From a virus: DNA of 64,000 nucleotides. Shown piece after piece: positions 35,358 through 45,761 of the stretch (the first letter of the stretch is position 1; each line of letters begins with the position of its first letter). The notes under the pieces are model-generated. The model worked only from the letters and a program-made list of their open reading frames with translations. It did no database searches and was not told where the DNA came from. Position numbers and translations under genes: made by a program. Location: the IMG/VR virus record IMGVR_UViG_3300024359_000009, positions 3,232 to 67,231 of that record; one strand, given 5' to 3'.

Positions 35358-38300
35358 TTAACCTATATTAGTTCCCATTCCAATCAGAGAAGTTCCAGCA
35401 CCTTTAACAAATTTACCAAGCCCAGCCCATCCAGATCGTTTTTGAGCATTACGTAAATCAAGTTCTTGTTTATTGAGCTCGTTAACATATTGAGCGTATT
35501 CTCTATCTTGTTGCCCCATGTTTTGATACATACCACCAAGCATTCCTTGTTGACCTGCAAGACTTCCATATAAACTTGCTTTTTGAGATTGTAGACTTCC
35601 TTCAGAAGAACCAAGTTGATTCATACCTGCTGCTTTCATTTTTTGAGTATCTAAATCAAACTTATTTTTGTAAGCTTCTATTGATCCCATCTGAGCTTGT
35701 CTTTGTCCTTGGACATTTTGTGCTCCTGCTAACATCTCAGCTCTTGAGCCTGCACCACCACGTAATGCGTACATTTGATTACCTGCAGCATTAGAAGCGT
35801 CAGCTCTTTGTTGAGAAACATCTAAATCACCCATTCCAGCATAAATATCTCTGGATGCTTGAAAATCTCTAACTGCTTGTGAATCCATATCACCTACAGT
35901 TTCACCCATAGCACCAAGATTTCCAGACGCATTTCCAAATTGATTTAATGCATTTTGTTTTTGCTCGTTTTGAAGTCTTTCCCATTCATAAGGATCTTTT
36001 CTTCCTTGAGCAAAATCATAAAACATTGTAGGTAAAGGTGTTGCAGCACCTACTCCTGCTCCTATATTTTGTAACATTGATCCATCACCATGTTGAGGTA
36101 ATTTACCTCCATACTTAGCTATTGCAGGTATTCCAGCAGCAGCCATAACAGACTTTGTTAAAATTTTTCCAATATCTGATTGAGCCATATCTTTTGAAGA
36201 ATCTTTTTTATCTTCAGTTGTAATTTCTGGCATATCTTCTGTAGCATTTCCTTCTCTGTCTTTAGTTTTATCCATCATTTCTAAAGCTTCCTCAGACAAA
36301 CCACCTTGATCAGGTTCTTGATTGTTATAGAAATCTAAAGCAGCGTTTCTATAACCTCCCTGTCCAGTGTACCCGCCATAAGCAAAGTTATATTGCATAC
36401 TTAAATTTGGGTTAAAATAACTATCTTTTCTCATAACATTATTAATTCCTAAGTTAAAGTTACCCTTTTTATTTGAATAATTATAAGAAGCATTTAATTC
36501 TGGATTAAGTTTTTTACGAGAAGCAGGATAACTATTTACTTCCACACCAAAATTACCTTTTTTTGTAGGTTGGTTATATCCTACGGACAATCTATTAACT
36601 TTAAATTTAGAATTATCTTGAATAGGTATTTCACCATTCACAGCTGCTCTTAATCTATTTTTTGTTCTAAGTTCTAAATCTGTAGCAACTGTATCACCAT
36701 TTTCATTTCCTGAGCGATAAGCGTTTAAATTTAAACTACCTCCATTAGGAAACATAGTAAGATTACCACCCATTTCTTCCATAGGCATTTGAGACATTTG
36801 TTGTGCCATCATATCTAAAGTTTCTGGAGTTGGAGCATTTGGAGGTACAGCGTTAGCATCTAATGCTTTAGCAAATTCCCCTGCTTCTTCTGCTCTTCCA
36901 GGTTGAGCTGGAATACCTTGTTCAGCTTTCATTTCTTCTTGCTCTTCAAATAACTCATCTAATTTAGCATTATACTTATCAGCCATTATTTGAGAAGTAC
37001 GTCTTGAAATAGCTTCAGAACTTTTATTTTTTATTACGTCTTCGTACTTACCTATCTTCTTTAAAAGTTTATCTGCTTCTTCAGAGAATGGTCTTTTAGT
37101 TGTAGGACTTTTTAATTTTTTAGAAAATATTCTACCTTCAGTTGCTCCAGATGTAGCCATCTTAACTCCTGAGTTTGGATTTGCAGAGCTCTCTTTATGA
37201 TCTACTCCGTTTATCATAGCACCTCCGTCAGCTCTGTATGATAGAGAAGGATTCCCTCCACCACCATTAATTTGTATTCCATCTCCTTGTATCACTTCTC
37301 CACCCTCTGCTTCAAACTGAGAAGGAGTAGAACCACCTAATTTCATTTGCATAGGATACATTATACTTGGAAAACTTTCACCATCATCCTCATTAAAATT
37401 TCTTTTTCTTCTTAATTTTTCTTCTGCTATTGCTCTTCGCATTTCCTCTTCGTCTTTATAGATAGCACCATAAGCAAATGATTCATCTTCATTTGGGTTA
37501 GAGGAAGTTCTATTAAGATATGGAATAGGCATCATTTCTGTAGCAGGATATATAGCATCTAACCTTTTTGTATCTTCAAAAGTAAGAGGTCCTTCTTTTA
37601 TGTATCTTCCTTTTTTTCCTTCTTTAGCTCTTTTAGCTTGCCTTTTTGTTAATTTACCACCTAACGGACCACCTTTTGCGTAATGTGTATTCATAGTTCC
37701 TCCTAATTTAAAATTAAGTATTCTTTTATCAGCATAGTCCCACCCTGGTTTATTTTCTACAGCATCTATTAATGCATCTTTAGCTTCATCTACAACACCT
37801 GTATCATCTAACAATTGAGCTTTGTTTGCTAATTTAGCTGTTTTATTTACTGTATTAAAAGCATCTATGGCTTTTTGATTAGCTTTTTGTAAAGTAGGAT
37901 CAATATACTTAATATTATCTTTTAATGATTTTGTTAATGATCCTGATACGTTATCATAACTTTTAACTTTATCGTATGATTTACCTATTGTTTTAAATAA
38001 TTTTTCTTTTGTTTTATTTGAAACAGGTAATTTATTAACTGTTTTATTTGCTTTTATTAATGTTTCAAAAGCAGGACCTAATATCTTACCAGACTTCCCT
38101 ATTTTACCTAATAGTGGTAATGCTCCTAATAGTTCAAAAGCTGTTTCTCCAGAAAACAAACCATTCTTATCATACGAATCTTTTACATCTCCCCATGAAG
38201 TCATCCCTGTAGGATCTAAAAATTGTATAGATGGTTTAACAAAATTTTTATAATATTGAGTAGGTCTTTCTCCTGTAACAGTAGCTGTAGGCAGATGTCT

Positions 38301-38942
38301 ATAATCAGGATTCATAAATTGTGACTCATCGTAAACGATGTTATCATCTACAGATTGAGCATTTTTATATAATTCTTTGGATTTAGAACCATCTGGATCA
38401 TCTAAAAGAATCCATCCTCTATTATTTTCATCTGGTACATTTACTAACCAATTACCTTTTTCATCTAAACCATATCGTACACCAGGTCGTTTATCATAAG
38501 TAAATATCTGAGAGGGTTTATTTAAACTACCACCGTTAGGAAACATTCCTATTGCAGCTTCTTGTCTAACTACTTCAGGCTCAACAATTTCTGGTGTCAT
38601 AGGAGCTACTCCTGATTGTTCAGCTTGTAGTTTTTCAGCATCTTTTTCAGCTTGACGTTCCGATATTTTATTACCAGCCATACTGCCAAGCTTTGCACCA
38701 GCCGATGCACCAGCAGGACCACCAAGAAAAAATCCTCCAATTCCACCAGCCACAGCTCCAATAGCTCCAGCATTCTTGCCTAACCATTGTCCAAAACCAT
38801 GTTGAGGTATTTTACCACCATAAGCCATTTGGTATTGTTGATAAGCATCTGGAAACGCTTTTACCAACTCTTCTTCTGTATAAGATTTATTACCAAATGA
38901 GTACGTTGGTTTTTTTACTGGTATTTGTTTTATTGTAGACAT
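35358..38942 (-). CDS. modular cargo/ejection protein with repeated xxGG motifs
   Basis: Glycine-zipper segment, EAEGGEV...H...RIFS domain, at least nine xxGG motifs, Gln/Ala/Met-rich C-terminus; follows the muzzle gene as crAss cargo protein 1 does. Confidence 0.7.
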   Translation of the reverse strand: MSTIKQIPVKKPTYSFGNKSYTEEELVKAFPDAYQQYQMAYGGKIPQHGFGQWLGKNAGAIGAVAGGIGGFFLGGPAGASAGAKLGSMAGNKISERQAEKDAEKLQAEQSGVAPMTPEIVEPEVVRQEAAIGMFPNGGSLNKPSQIFTYDKRPGVRYGLDEKGNWLVNVPDENNRGWILLDDPDGSKSKELYKNAQSVDDNIVYDESQFMNPDYRHLPTATVTGERPTQYYKNFVKPSIQFLDPTGMTSWGDVKDSYDKNGLFSGETAFELLGALPLLGKIGKSGKILGPAFETLIKANKTVNKLPVSNKTKEKLFKTIGKSYDKVKSYDNVSGSLTKSLKDNIKYIDPTLQKANQKAIDAFNTVNKTAKLANKAQLLDDTGVVDEAKDALIDAVENKPGWDYADKRILNFKLGGTMNTHYAKGGPLGGKLTKRQAKRAKEGKKGRYIKEGPLTFEDTKRLDAIYPATEMMPIPYLNRTSSNPNEDESFAYGAIYKDEEEMRRAIAEEKLRRKRNFNEDDGESFPSIMYPMQMKLGGSTPSQFEAEGGEVIQGDGIQINGGGGNPSLSYRADGGAMINGVDHKESSANPNSGVKMATSGATEGRIFSKKLKSPTTKRPFSEEADKLLKKIGKYEDVIKNKSSEAISRRTSQIMADKYNAKLDELFEEQEEMKAEQGIPAQPGRAEEAGEFAKALDANAVPPNAPTPETLDMMAQQMSQMPMEEMGGNLTMFPNGGSLNLNAYRSGNENGDTVATDLELRTKNRLRAAVNGEIPIQDNSKFKVNRLSVGYNQPTKKGNFGVEVNSYPASRKKLNPELNASYNYSNKKGNFNLGINNVMRKDSYFNPNLSMQYNFAYGGYTGQGGYRNAALDFYNNQEPDQGGLSEEALEMMDKTKDREGNATEDMPEITTEDKKDSSKDMAQSDIGKILTKSVMAAAGIPAIAKYGGKLPQHGDGSMLQNIGAGVGAATPLPTMFYDFAQGRKDPYEWERLQNEQKQNALNQFGNASGNLGAMGETVGDMDSQAVRDFQASRDIYAGMGDLDVSQQRADASNAAGNQMYALRGGAGSRAEMLAGAQNVQGQRQAQMGSIEAYKNKFDLDTQKMKAAGMNQLGSSEGSLQSQKASLYGSLAGQQGMLGGMYQNMGQQDREYAQYVNELNKQELDLRNAQKRSGWAGLGKFVKGAGTSLIGMGTNIG

Positions 38943-38958
38943 AAAAAACTTGTTTTAA

Positions 38959-38966
38959 CAAAGATA
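38959..38966 (-). promoter_or_regulatory. putative -7 promoter box (TATCTTTG)
   Basis: TAnnTTTG in the short gap upstream of the cargo operon. Confidence 0.55.
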
Positions 38967-38979
38967 CTAAATTACCAAT

Positions 38980-41900
38980 TTATCTTGCTGAGAACCTGTA
39001 AAAAGTTTTCAGGTAGTGTAATAAGAATCTTCTATCATTTATATTATCAAATTCAAAATCGGCAATCATAATCTTATCACGAAGCCTATCTTTAAACTCT
39101 CTGTTTTTATCTAAATTAACAGGATTAAAAATATCTATATCTACTGGAGTAGCTCCAAATGAGTTCAATACTGCGTTTCTTGCAATAGCTGATTGCCACT
39201 CTCTGTCTACTCTTCGTATATTATTTTTTGGAACAATACTTACCCAGTCTGTATTTTGATACGTAGTATTACAACGAATCCTACTAAATGTTTCTTGGTC
39301 TATCTGAATAGGATTAGAATCATTAGAAAATACCTCTGTGTAGTATCCAAAGTTATCAAACACTTTAGTAATACCTTTACCATCATTAATGATAAGTTGT
39401 AATGTAGAATTAAAAATGTTACCATAGAACTCACCGTACTTTCCTTTATTATGTCTATACAGAGCCTCCGAATTTATTGGGTTTGGAGATAGTATATTCA
39501 CACCATCGTTTAAGTATATCGTAGGAGCGTGATCGTAGAATCCTGTGAATACTTCATACGCCTCGTTATATACAATAGTCTCTTCTACAATCTCCATGAT
39601 TTGTACATCGAATAATAAAGCTGTTTCACCTAAGTATTTCCCGTAAAGGTCTTGATCTATTATACCAGTAGCATCTACCGCACCATTGAATATTGCATCA
39701 GATCCGATAAATGAACCAACAGACATACGTATGTATACAAAATCCGTATCAGAAGTTGTTTCTGATATTAAAATACTTTGGTCAACACCTTCTACATTAA
39801 TTTCAACATAGTTACCTATGGATATAGATAATATACCTAAACAAGTCTTCGAAACTTTTAATGCATTTGTCATGATATTATCACTTGGAAAAGCCTGGAA
39901 TGTGTAACGAGCAGATGCTTTACATAAAGAAATAGGCTGTCTGTTTAAGAATGTAAACCAAACTTCATTAAAACGTGTTGACCAAGTAGAATGTATACCC
40001 TTATTAATCAATGGGTTATCATTAGTTAAAAGATTACCAACCAGTTTATCAAAGAACCATGGATTCATACCTGCTTGCATTGAAACTGGTACTAATTGTT
40101 TTCCTTTAATCGAATACATTTGTTTATGGTATGAGTCTATAAACATTAAATTCGTATTCGTAGAGATTGGAACCCATTGATGGAAACATCCTATATCAGT
40201 AGAGATGTATTCGAAATCATGCAGTACATCTCCAAAACCAATTTGTAGACTTCCTGCAGGGCCGCCTGTAATTGATCCCCTTGGATTTATTAATAAGTAC
40301 CCACATCCGTGATCTTGGAAAAAGAATATCATATCATTATGATTGATAAGTCTATTTACAGGTCCTAAACTTCCTTCCACATCTTTGTATAAGAAAGCGT
40401 CAAACTGTCTCCAGTTATCGATTACCTCACCATTAATCTTTCCTCGTGAGGCATAGATTCTATTATCAAATGTTTCCAGTAAAGGAACTCCAACAGGTCT
40501 ACCTATAAAGGATATAAAGTCGTCTTCCCTACTATACAGAGACTCTGCTTCGTAGGTATCATGTGCATAAGTTATATCACTTGCAGGAGGGTAACTACCG
40601 TCAGGTTTTGCTTTGTTCAAGAAGTGTCTTCCGTTTCTTAATGTAGTATTGAACGTACTAACTAAAGGAACTACAACTCCATCTCTGGATGTATATGTGA
40701 CAGGATCAATCGGCTCTTTACCATCCACACGAGTAAAATCGTATTGTGCGTGATAAACATCTCCACCAAAAACACTGAATGTATTTAACGCTGATGAACC
40801 TGATTCTTTCTGAATGAACCCTCCAGTACTCTGGTACACGTTATTAGCTCTCGCTGCTTGAGTGTTACCACCGTATTGGTCTAATAATTCTCTTTCATAG
40901 GTTACCAACATAGGTCGCCCATTTAATCCTCCACTCTGTGTAGATGTATTTCCAGGAAGAAATAATTCTACTCCTCCTCCTAATGTAACAAATAGACATA
41001 AACCACCATCTACCTGTTCTTCACTATTTGACATATCTGCGGTTGGAGGCGTACTGTTCGTAAACTGTACGGTAGGAGATAGTGTTGGTATAGCTGATAA
41101 TACTGCTCCTGGTTGAATCTCTCTTGTAAACTCTAATGGTATTGTTTTCTTACCATTACTTCTTACTTGATCTCCATCTGTAGGGTCTCCATAACCATTT
41201 TCAGTTCCTGGGTGTATTACAATCTTCGTTGGTTCAGAAACACCACAATTCAACATAGTATTGTTGATAGTTAAATCCTCTTCTATAATCTCTGTAAATG
41301 TACCGTCCACACGTATACGATCTCCTAACGAACTTCCAACCGTATTAAAGAATTGTAACTCTGGGCTATAAATAACCAAACTCTTCTTAGCGTCTGCTGG
41401 ATATAAAGTAAGATCATCATAATCAGGATAAGCATCTTTTCTTCCTTCTACCATTGGTCCAGAGACATTCCACCTTAATAAATTTCCTCCCTTTCTTGGG
41501 AACAAGTATAAGTTATCATCACTTTCTACTTGGCATAGTTGATGAGCGATTCCCTGAGCAAGTTTAGTTCTATCCGATACTTCCCGTTTTACTCTTACTA
41601 TTTCGTACCCACTTATGCTGTCTAAAAGGTTAGCGGGAATTTCTATATCAAACTCTAATCCAAGTTGATTTAATTCTACTCTGTCCCCTAAAGAATCGGA
41701 AACAGATTTCAACATATCAGCACCACCTACATAAGGACCACCAGCAATAGTTTCTCCCCAAGGGTAGTTACCATAAGCTCGTAGATTTCTACGCATTTCC
41801 CATCTTTCTGGAAATTTAATATCACCGATCCAGTTTACAAATCCTGGATTCCCTGCTAAATCATATAGTACTATTCCAAATCTATATACTTCTCCAGGAG

Positions 41901-43770
41901 AATACCCTCTAAAGATTACATTAACGAAAGGACTCTTATGATTCAGAGGTGTAGAGATGACTGGATACTTTTCATCATTCGTTCCAAACTCATATACAGT
42001 ACTCTGTTTTCTTGACTCTAAGAGTGGTGCAGCACTGTTCATCATATTTGCAGGATCATAAAAGTATCCTTCAGTATTTGCACCAGTTATTTCGGATTGA
42101 GTTATGAACTTATATTTAACATATGGTCCTTCCCCACCAAGAGTAACACCATCAGTCTGCCATTTAAAAGGTAGGAAATTACTATTCCAATCTACTTTAT
42201 TATAAGGATTGATAGCGTCTCTTACTACAGAGGATACACTGACATCTTCTGGATCTTCGTACCCCCAATCTGCATCAGCAGTATTCAACCCAGGTACATA
42301 ACTTTTAATACTACTTAACTCTCCTGTTACTGAGTAAGAGTTACCATTATTATATGCTGGGTTACCACTTATGTTATTGTCCACCAAAGAGTTACCAAAA
42401 CGGTATGCTCTTGCGTGAAACTTCAAAGTATCATTTTTAGGTGCAGAGATATTCCCTACTATAAGTCTATTGTCTTTGTAACTGAGTGTTTTTGCTTTTT
42501 CAAAAGGAACACCAAATATCTTATACTCTGTATCAGACAAACTAAAAGAACTTTCCTCTCCTGTATGTGTAATGACAATTGAGTTAGAAGAAGGTATTTC
42601 CAATGACTCAAAGACATTAATCTCTGGAGTAGACTCAGCTGCCCCATAGTATAATGATATTAATTCTATAGTATCGTAAGTACTATCAATATCTTTAATA
42701 GATACAGATACACTCTTAGTGGTAACAGTTGAAGGATTTGTTCCAGAGTATTCTCCCAATTGACTCCATTCTGTTCCTGACTCACTATTAAGTAATACAT
42801 TGATAAGTCTACTTGCTGGAGACACTTTAGATTGTGCTCCTGTAGAACTTGACAATCTATATGCATATTGATAGATACCTGCTTTCAAAGTACCGCCCGA
42901 ATTAATTGAATTTAATACTGGTCTTGAGAAATCGATTGAAGGAGTAAGACTTAGAAATGCAGGATCGACACCTAAACTTGTACTTATGGAAGCTACATTT
43001 AAAGCTCTTACATTGTTATGGTTATCTGTGAAATAAGTTCTTTGAATCTCTTCGTTCTCATAACGAGCTACCATCTCGATCGGATGTTCTGTAGAGAATC
43101 CTATGTCATCATGGGTATATCTAATTTCAATACTATATGTATCAAATACTTTGTCGTAAGTTGCTACCCATACTTGCCCATTTCCGCCTTTTTTTGAGGT
43201 ATCATTTGTAGTACAGATTATTAATTGATCTCTTATTTCAGTATATCCTATGATTTGTAAGTCTGTTTGACGAGTCGCAAATTGAGTGCCTATTGTGTAG
43301 TTAGATTGTCCAAGAGAATTCACGGATAGTATAGCTGCATTCTCTGAATAAACAGATACAGAATTTGCTGATGTTCGAACTACTTTGATTCCCATTATAG
43401 ACAAAGCAGATGTAGGATCGTTTGCAACATCCATTACCTGATTAAAATAGTCTTCAAACCCACCAGATATTAATTGGAAAGCCTCTGTTATAACGCCTGC
43501 CGCAGTTTCTACTGTAAAGTTATCAGTTACACCTGCTATTGGTGCAGCTACACCTACAATAGGTGAAACCTTAAACACACTTGGGGATGTAGGGATAGTC
43601 AACTCAAGAGTGTTACCTTTTACATTTGCTAAGGCTCCTCCAGAATCTTCTCCATCATCACTTAGTCTGAAGTTCCGAGCATCTCGATATGACGTAGGTT
43701 TAAGCCTATCCTTACTAATAGATTTATTCATTCCTTCTTCAAAGGAATTTGTCTGCATCTTTCTTCCCAT
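38980..43770 (-). CDS. tail stabilisation / muzzle protein
   Basis: N-terminal NSFEEGMNKSIS...YRDARNFR; YFTDNHNNVRALN; YRFGIVLYD; C-terminal RLRDK; crAss gene order. Confidence 0.8.
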   Translation of the reverse strand: MGRKMQTNSFEEGMNKSISKDRLKPTSYRDARNFRLSDDGEDSGGALANVKGNTLELTIPTSPSVFKVSPIVGVAAPIAGVTDNFTVETAAGVITEAFQLISGGFEDYFNQVMDVANDPTSALSIMGIKVVRTSANSVSVYSENAAILSVNSLGQSNYTIGTQFATRQTDLQIIGYTEIRDQLIICTTNDTSKKGGNGQVWVATYDKVFDTYSIEIRYTHDDIGFSTEHPIEMVARYENEEIQRTYFTDNHNNVRALNVASISTSLGVDPAFLSLTPSIDFSRPVLNSINSGGTLKAGIYQYAYRLSSSTGAQSKVSPASRLINVLLNSESGTEWSQLGEYSGTNPSTVTTKSVSVSIKDIDSTYDTIELISLYYGAAESTPEINVFESLEIPSSNSIVITHTGEESSFSLSDTEYKIFGVPFEKAKTLSYKDNRLIVGNISAPKNDTLKFHARAYRFGNSLVDNNISGNPAYNNGNSYSVTGELSSIKSYVPGLNTADADWGYEDPEDVSVSSVVRDAINPYNKVDWNSNFLPFKWQTDGVTLGGEGPYVKYKFITQSEITGANTEGYFYDPANMMNSAAPLLESRKQSTVYEFGTNDEKYPVISTPLNHKSPFVNVIFRGYSPGEVYRFGIVLYDLAGNPGFVNWIGDIKFPERWEMRRNLRAYGNYPWGETIAGGPYVGGADMLKSVSDSLGDRVELNQLGLEFDIEIPANLLDSISGYEIVRVKREVSDRTKLAQGIAHQLCQVESDDNLYLFPRKGGNLLRWNVSGPMVEGRKDAYPDYDDLTLYPADAKKSLVIYSPELQFFNTVGSSLGDRIRVDGTFTEIIEEDLTINNTMLNCGVSEPTKIVIHPGTENGYGDPTDGDQVRSNGKKTIPLEFTREIQPGAVLSAIPTLSPTVQFTNSTPPTADMSNSEEQVDGGLCLFVTLGGGVELFLPGNTSTQSGGLNGRPMLVTYERELLDQYGGNTQAARANNVYQSTGGFIQKESGSSALNTFSVFGGDVYHAQYDFTRVDGKEPIDPVTYTSRDGVVVPLVSTFNTTLRNGRHFLNKAKPDGSYPPASDITYAHDTYEAESLYSREDDFISFIGRPVGVPLLETFDNRIYASRGKINGEVIDNWRQFDAFLYKDVEGSLGPVNRLINHNDMIFFFQDHGCGYLLINPRGSITGGPAGSLQIGFGDVLHDFEYISTDIGCFHQWVPISTNTNLMFIDSYHKQMYSIKGKQLVPVSMQAGMNPWFFDKLVGNLLTNDNPLINKGIHSTWSTRFNEVWFTFLNRQPISLCKASARYTFQAFPSDNIMTNALKVSKTCLGILSISIGNYVEINVEGVDQSILISETTSDTDFVYIRMSVGSFIGSDAIFNGAVDATGIIDQDLYGKYLGETALLFDVQIMEIVEETIVYNEAYEVFTGFYDHAPTIYLNDGVNILSPNPINSEALYRHNKGKYGEFYGNIFNSTLQLIINDGKGITKVFDNFGYYTEVFSNDSNPIQIDQETFSRIRCNTTYQNTDWVSIVPKNNIRRVDREWQSAIARNAVLNSFGATPVDIDIFNPVNLDKNREFKDRLRDKIMIADFEFDNINDRRFLLHYLKTFYRFSAR

Positions 43771-43776
43771 GTCTTT

Positions 43777-44529
43777 TTATTTAAGTCTTTTTATTTCTCT
43801 TATACTGTTTCCTGAAAAAAACGTATCATGTTGATTTATCATAGGTTTTAAACGTACCCAAGAATTTTTAAAGTTTTCTACTTTATCTACGTTAGGCATC
43901 ATCGCAGCACTTGCTGCTCCTCTTACGTAGAATAACCAATTACGTTCTGAATCTCTATACACAGCTTCATTAAGATTTCCTTTACGCCATTCTTTTCTAT
44001 CCATCATAAATTGACAATAGAACTTTAACGCCTTATCAAAATACACATTATCTGGAACCATTGGGTATCCATCCTCATCCACTTGTATAGCTTTATATGC
44101 CATAACAATAGTTCCTGATTCAAACGAAGTAGCGATACAACCATTTTGTATGTAATAATGAGACATGTTACCAGTACCATTGTCAGAAAGTTGTGGAAAA
44201 TTTTCATCGTCTATATCTTGTGAGTTTAAATAGTTTGTATTTAATCCTGATTCTGAAGGTCCTGGGCCCATCGTAGAACCCATTAACTGTAATGGAAAAC
44301 CATTATACGAAATCTGCATTACATGGTGAAAATCATACGGTAAAGGATGATTATGATTTGTAATGTCAATTTCTACAAATCTATCTACATATTGTGTTGC
44401 AGCACCAATTAATTCTAATGCTTCAGCACACCATTCAATAATATCCCATACCTCTAAATCTTGAGGAGAGTCAAAATCTCTGTATAGTCCATCTACTATA
44501 CCTTTCACACTTTTATGTTGATAAATCAT
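43777..44529 (-). CDS. tail tubular / ring protein
   Basis: IIEWCAEALELIG, LPYDF, DEDGYPMVPD motifs typical of crAss ring proteins. Confidence 0.75.
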   Translation of the reverse strand: MIYQHKSVKGIVDGLYRDFDSPQDLEVWDIIEWCAEALELIGAATQYVDRFVEIDITNHNHPLPYDFHHVMQISYNGFPLQLMGSTMGPGPSESGLNTNYLNSQDIDDENFPQLSDNGTGNMSHYYIQNGCIATSFESGTIVMAYKAIQVDEDGYPMVPDNVYFDKALKFYCQFMMDRKEWRKGNLNEAVYRDSERNWLFYVRGAASAAMMPNVDKVENFKNSWVRLKPMINQHDTFFSGNSIREIKRLK

Positions 44530-44540
44530 ACTCTATGTAT

Positions 44541-44984
44541 TTATTCGTAATAATCTACTTCTCTAAACTCATCTTTTAACAAAGCTGCTAATTGACGTTT
44601 GTTTTTTCTGGCTGCTGTAAAACTATACATACTTTTGTTTATAAAAGTAGCGTTTTTCTTTTTCCAATAAAATCTAAAGTTAAATGAATTAGTATGATCA
44701 TTCATGTGATATACTTTTTGACCTAACTCTTTTGTTTTTTTCCAGTCAGGCTTCATGTTCTTAGGTTTAAAATAAGTTTTACTTTTTTTAATTCTAATTG
44801 AACCTAACCTATAAGGCATTTCAAATTCAAATGCTTCGAATAATATAAGCTCCATTACTCTCTGATTAAAACTCTTTACTACTGCAGAGTATGTTTTAAA
44901 GTCAGAAGCTGTATCTCCATATGCTTCTTTATAAAGCAAATAAGCGTCTTTTAATGTTTTTGTGTCTGTAAATACGTTTGCCAT
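44541..44984 (-). CDS. IHF/HU-like protein
   Basis: FEMPYRLGSIRIKK, PDWKKT, YHMNDHT, F.W, F.AAR pattern; conserved position in the crAss tail module. Confidence 0.75.
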   Translation of the reverse strand: MANVFTDTKTLKDAYLLYKEAYGDTASDFKTYSAVVKSFNQRVMELILFEAFEFEMPYRLGSIRIKKSKTYFKPKNMKPDWKKTKELGQKVYHMNDHTNSFNFRFYWKKKNATFINKSMYSFTAARKNKRQLAALLKDEFREVDYYE

Positions 44985-45670
44985 TATTTAGTGTCTTGTG
45001 TTGGTCCTGATATAGCATTGTTATTTGTATCTTCTGGAGCTTGAAGTAATATTCCCATACGTTTTACCAACATTTCAGTAATCCTACCCGCCATCTCTAA
45101 TGTTATAGGAAAAGAACTATCCCATGTGTAACATTCTTCTGGAGCACATTTTTGACATTCTGTTATATCTTCAGGATCTTCTAATAAAGCTGATATTTGT
45201 AACGTAGAAGCACTTTCTCCTACTAAATACATATATTCACCCTTAATATACCAACGTCTATCATTTTTAGTGTACTTACTGTGTTTGTGCCATTGTTGTC
45301 TATGGAAAGATGTTTGTGTGTAACTTGTACCACTTGTTAAAGACATAACAGCTATCACACCGTTTTTATGCCCTCTCTGTATAGTCACAGGCATTTTACA
45401 TTTACTTCTATAAACTTTATCATCACATGAAGGATAACATCCTGGATCAATAGAAGCGTCTATTTCTTCAAACTCCATTACAAAATGCTGAATCCAAGAG
45501 TCATGTATTTTTCCTTTTTGGGAAAACTCTTGTCTGATAAGTTGAGCCCTTACTTGTGTTATCCAGTAAGCTACTTGTCTATCTGATGGTTTTGTGTCGT
45601 CTGATTGAACTCCACCTGTTACCAGGTTTTTCAAATCAAACACCATTTTATTCATTGTTACAGCACCCAT
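44984..45670 (-). CDS. tail ring / tubular protein
   Basis: SDD...SDRQVAYWI...RAQLIRQ, LEDPED and FPI motifs; gene order. Confidence 0.7.
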   Translation of the reverse strand: MGAVTMNKMVFDLKNLVTGGVQSDDTKPSDRQVAYWITQVRAQLIRQEFSQKGKIHDSWIQHFVMEFEEIDASIDPGCYPSCDDKVYRSKCKMPVTIQRGHKNGVIAVMSLTSGTSYTQTSFHRQQWHKHSKYTKNDRRWYIKGEYMYLVGESASTLQISALLEDPEDITECQKCAPEECYTWDSSFPITLEMAGRITEMLVKRMGILLQAPEDTNNNAISGPTQDTK

Positions 45671-45692
45671 AGTGTTTATATTTTTCTTTAAT

Positions 45693-45728
45693 AAAAAAGG
45701 AGGATTAACAAGTAGCTATCCTCCTTTT
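45693..45728 (-). terminator. intrinsic terminator
   Basis: Inverted repeat AAAAGGAGGAT...ATCCTCCTTTT with a U-tract on the - strand. Confidence 0.75.
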
Positions 45729-45761
45729 AATCTTTTAAAAGTACCTCTCTCTATAAAAGAC

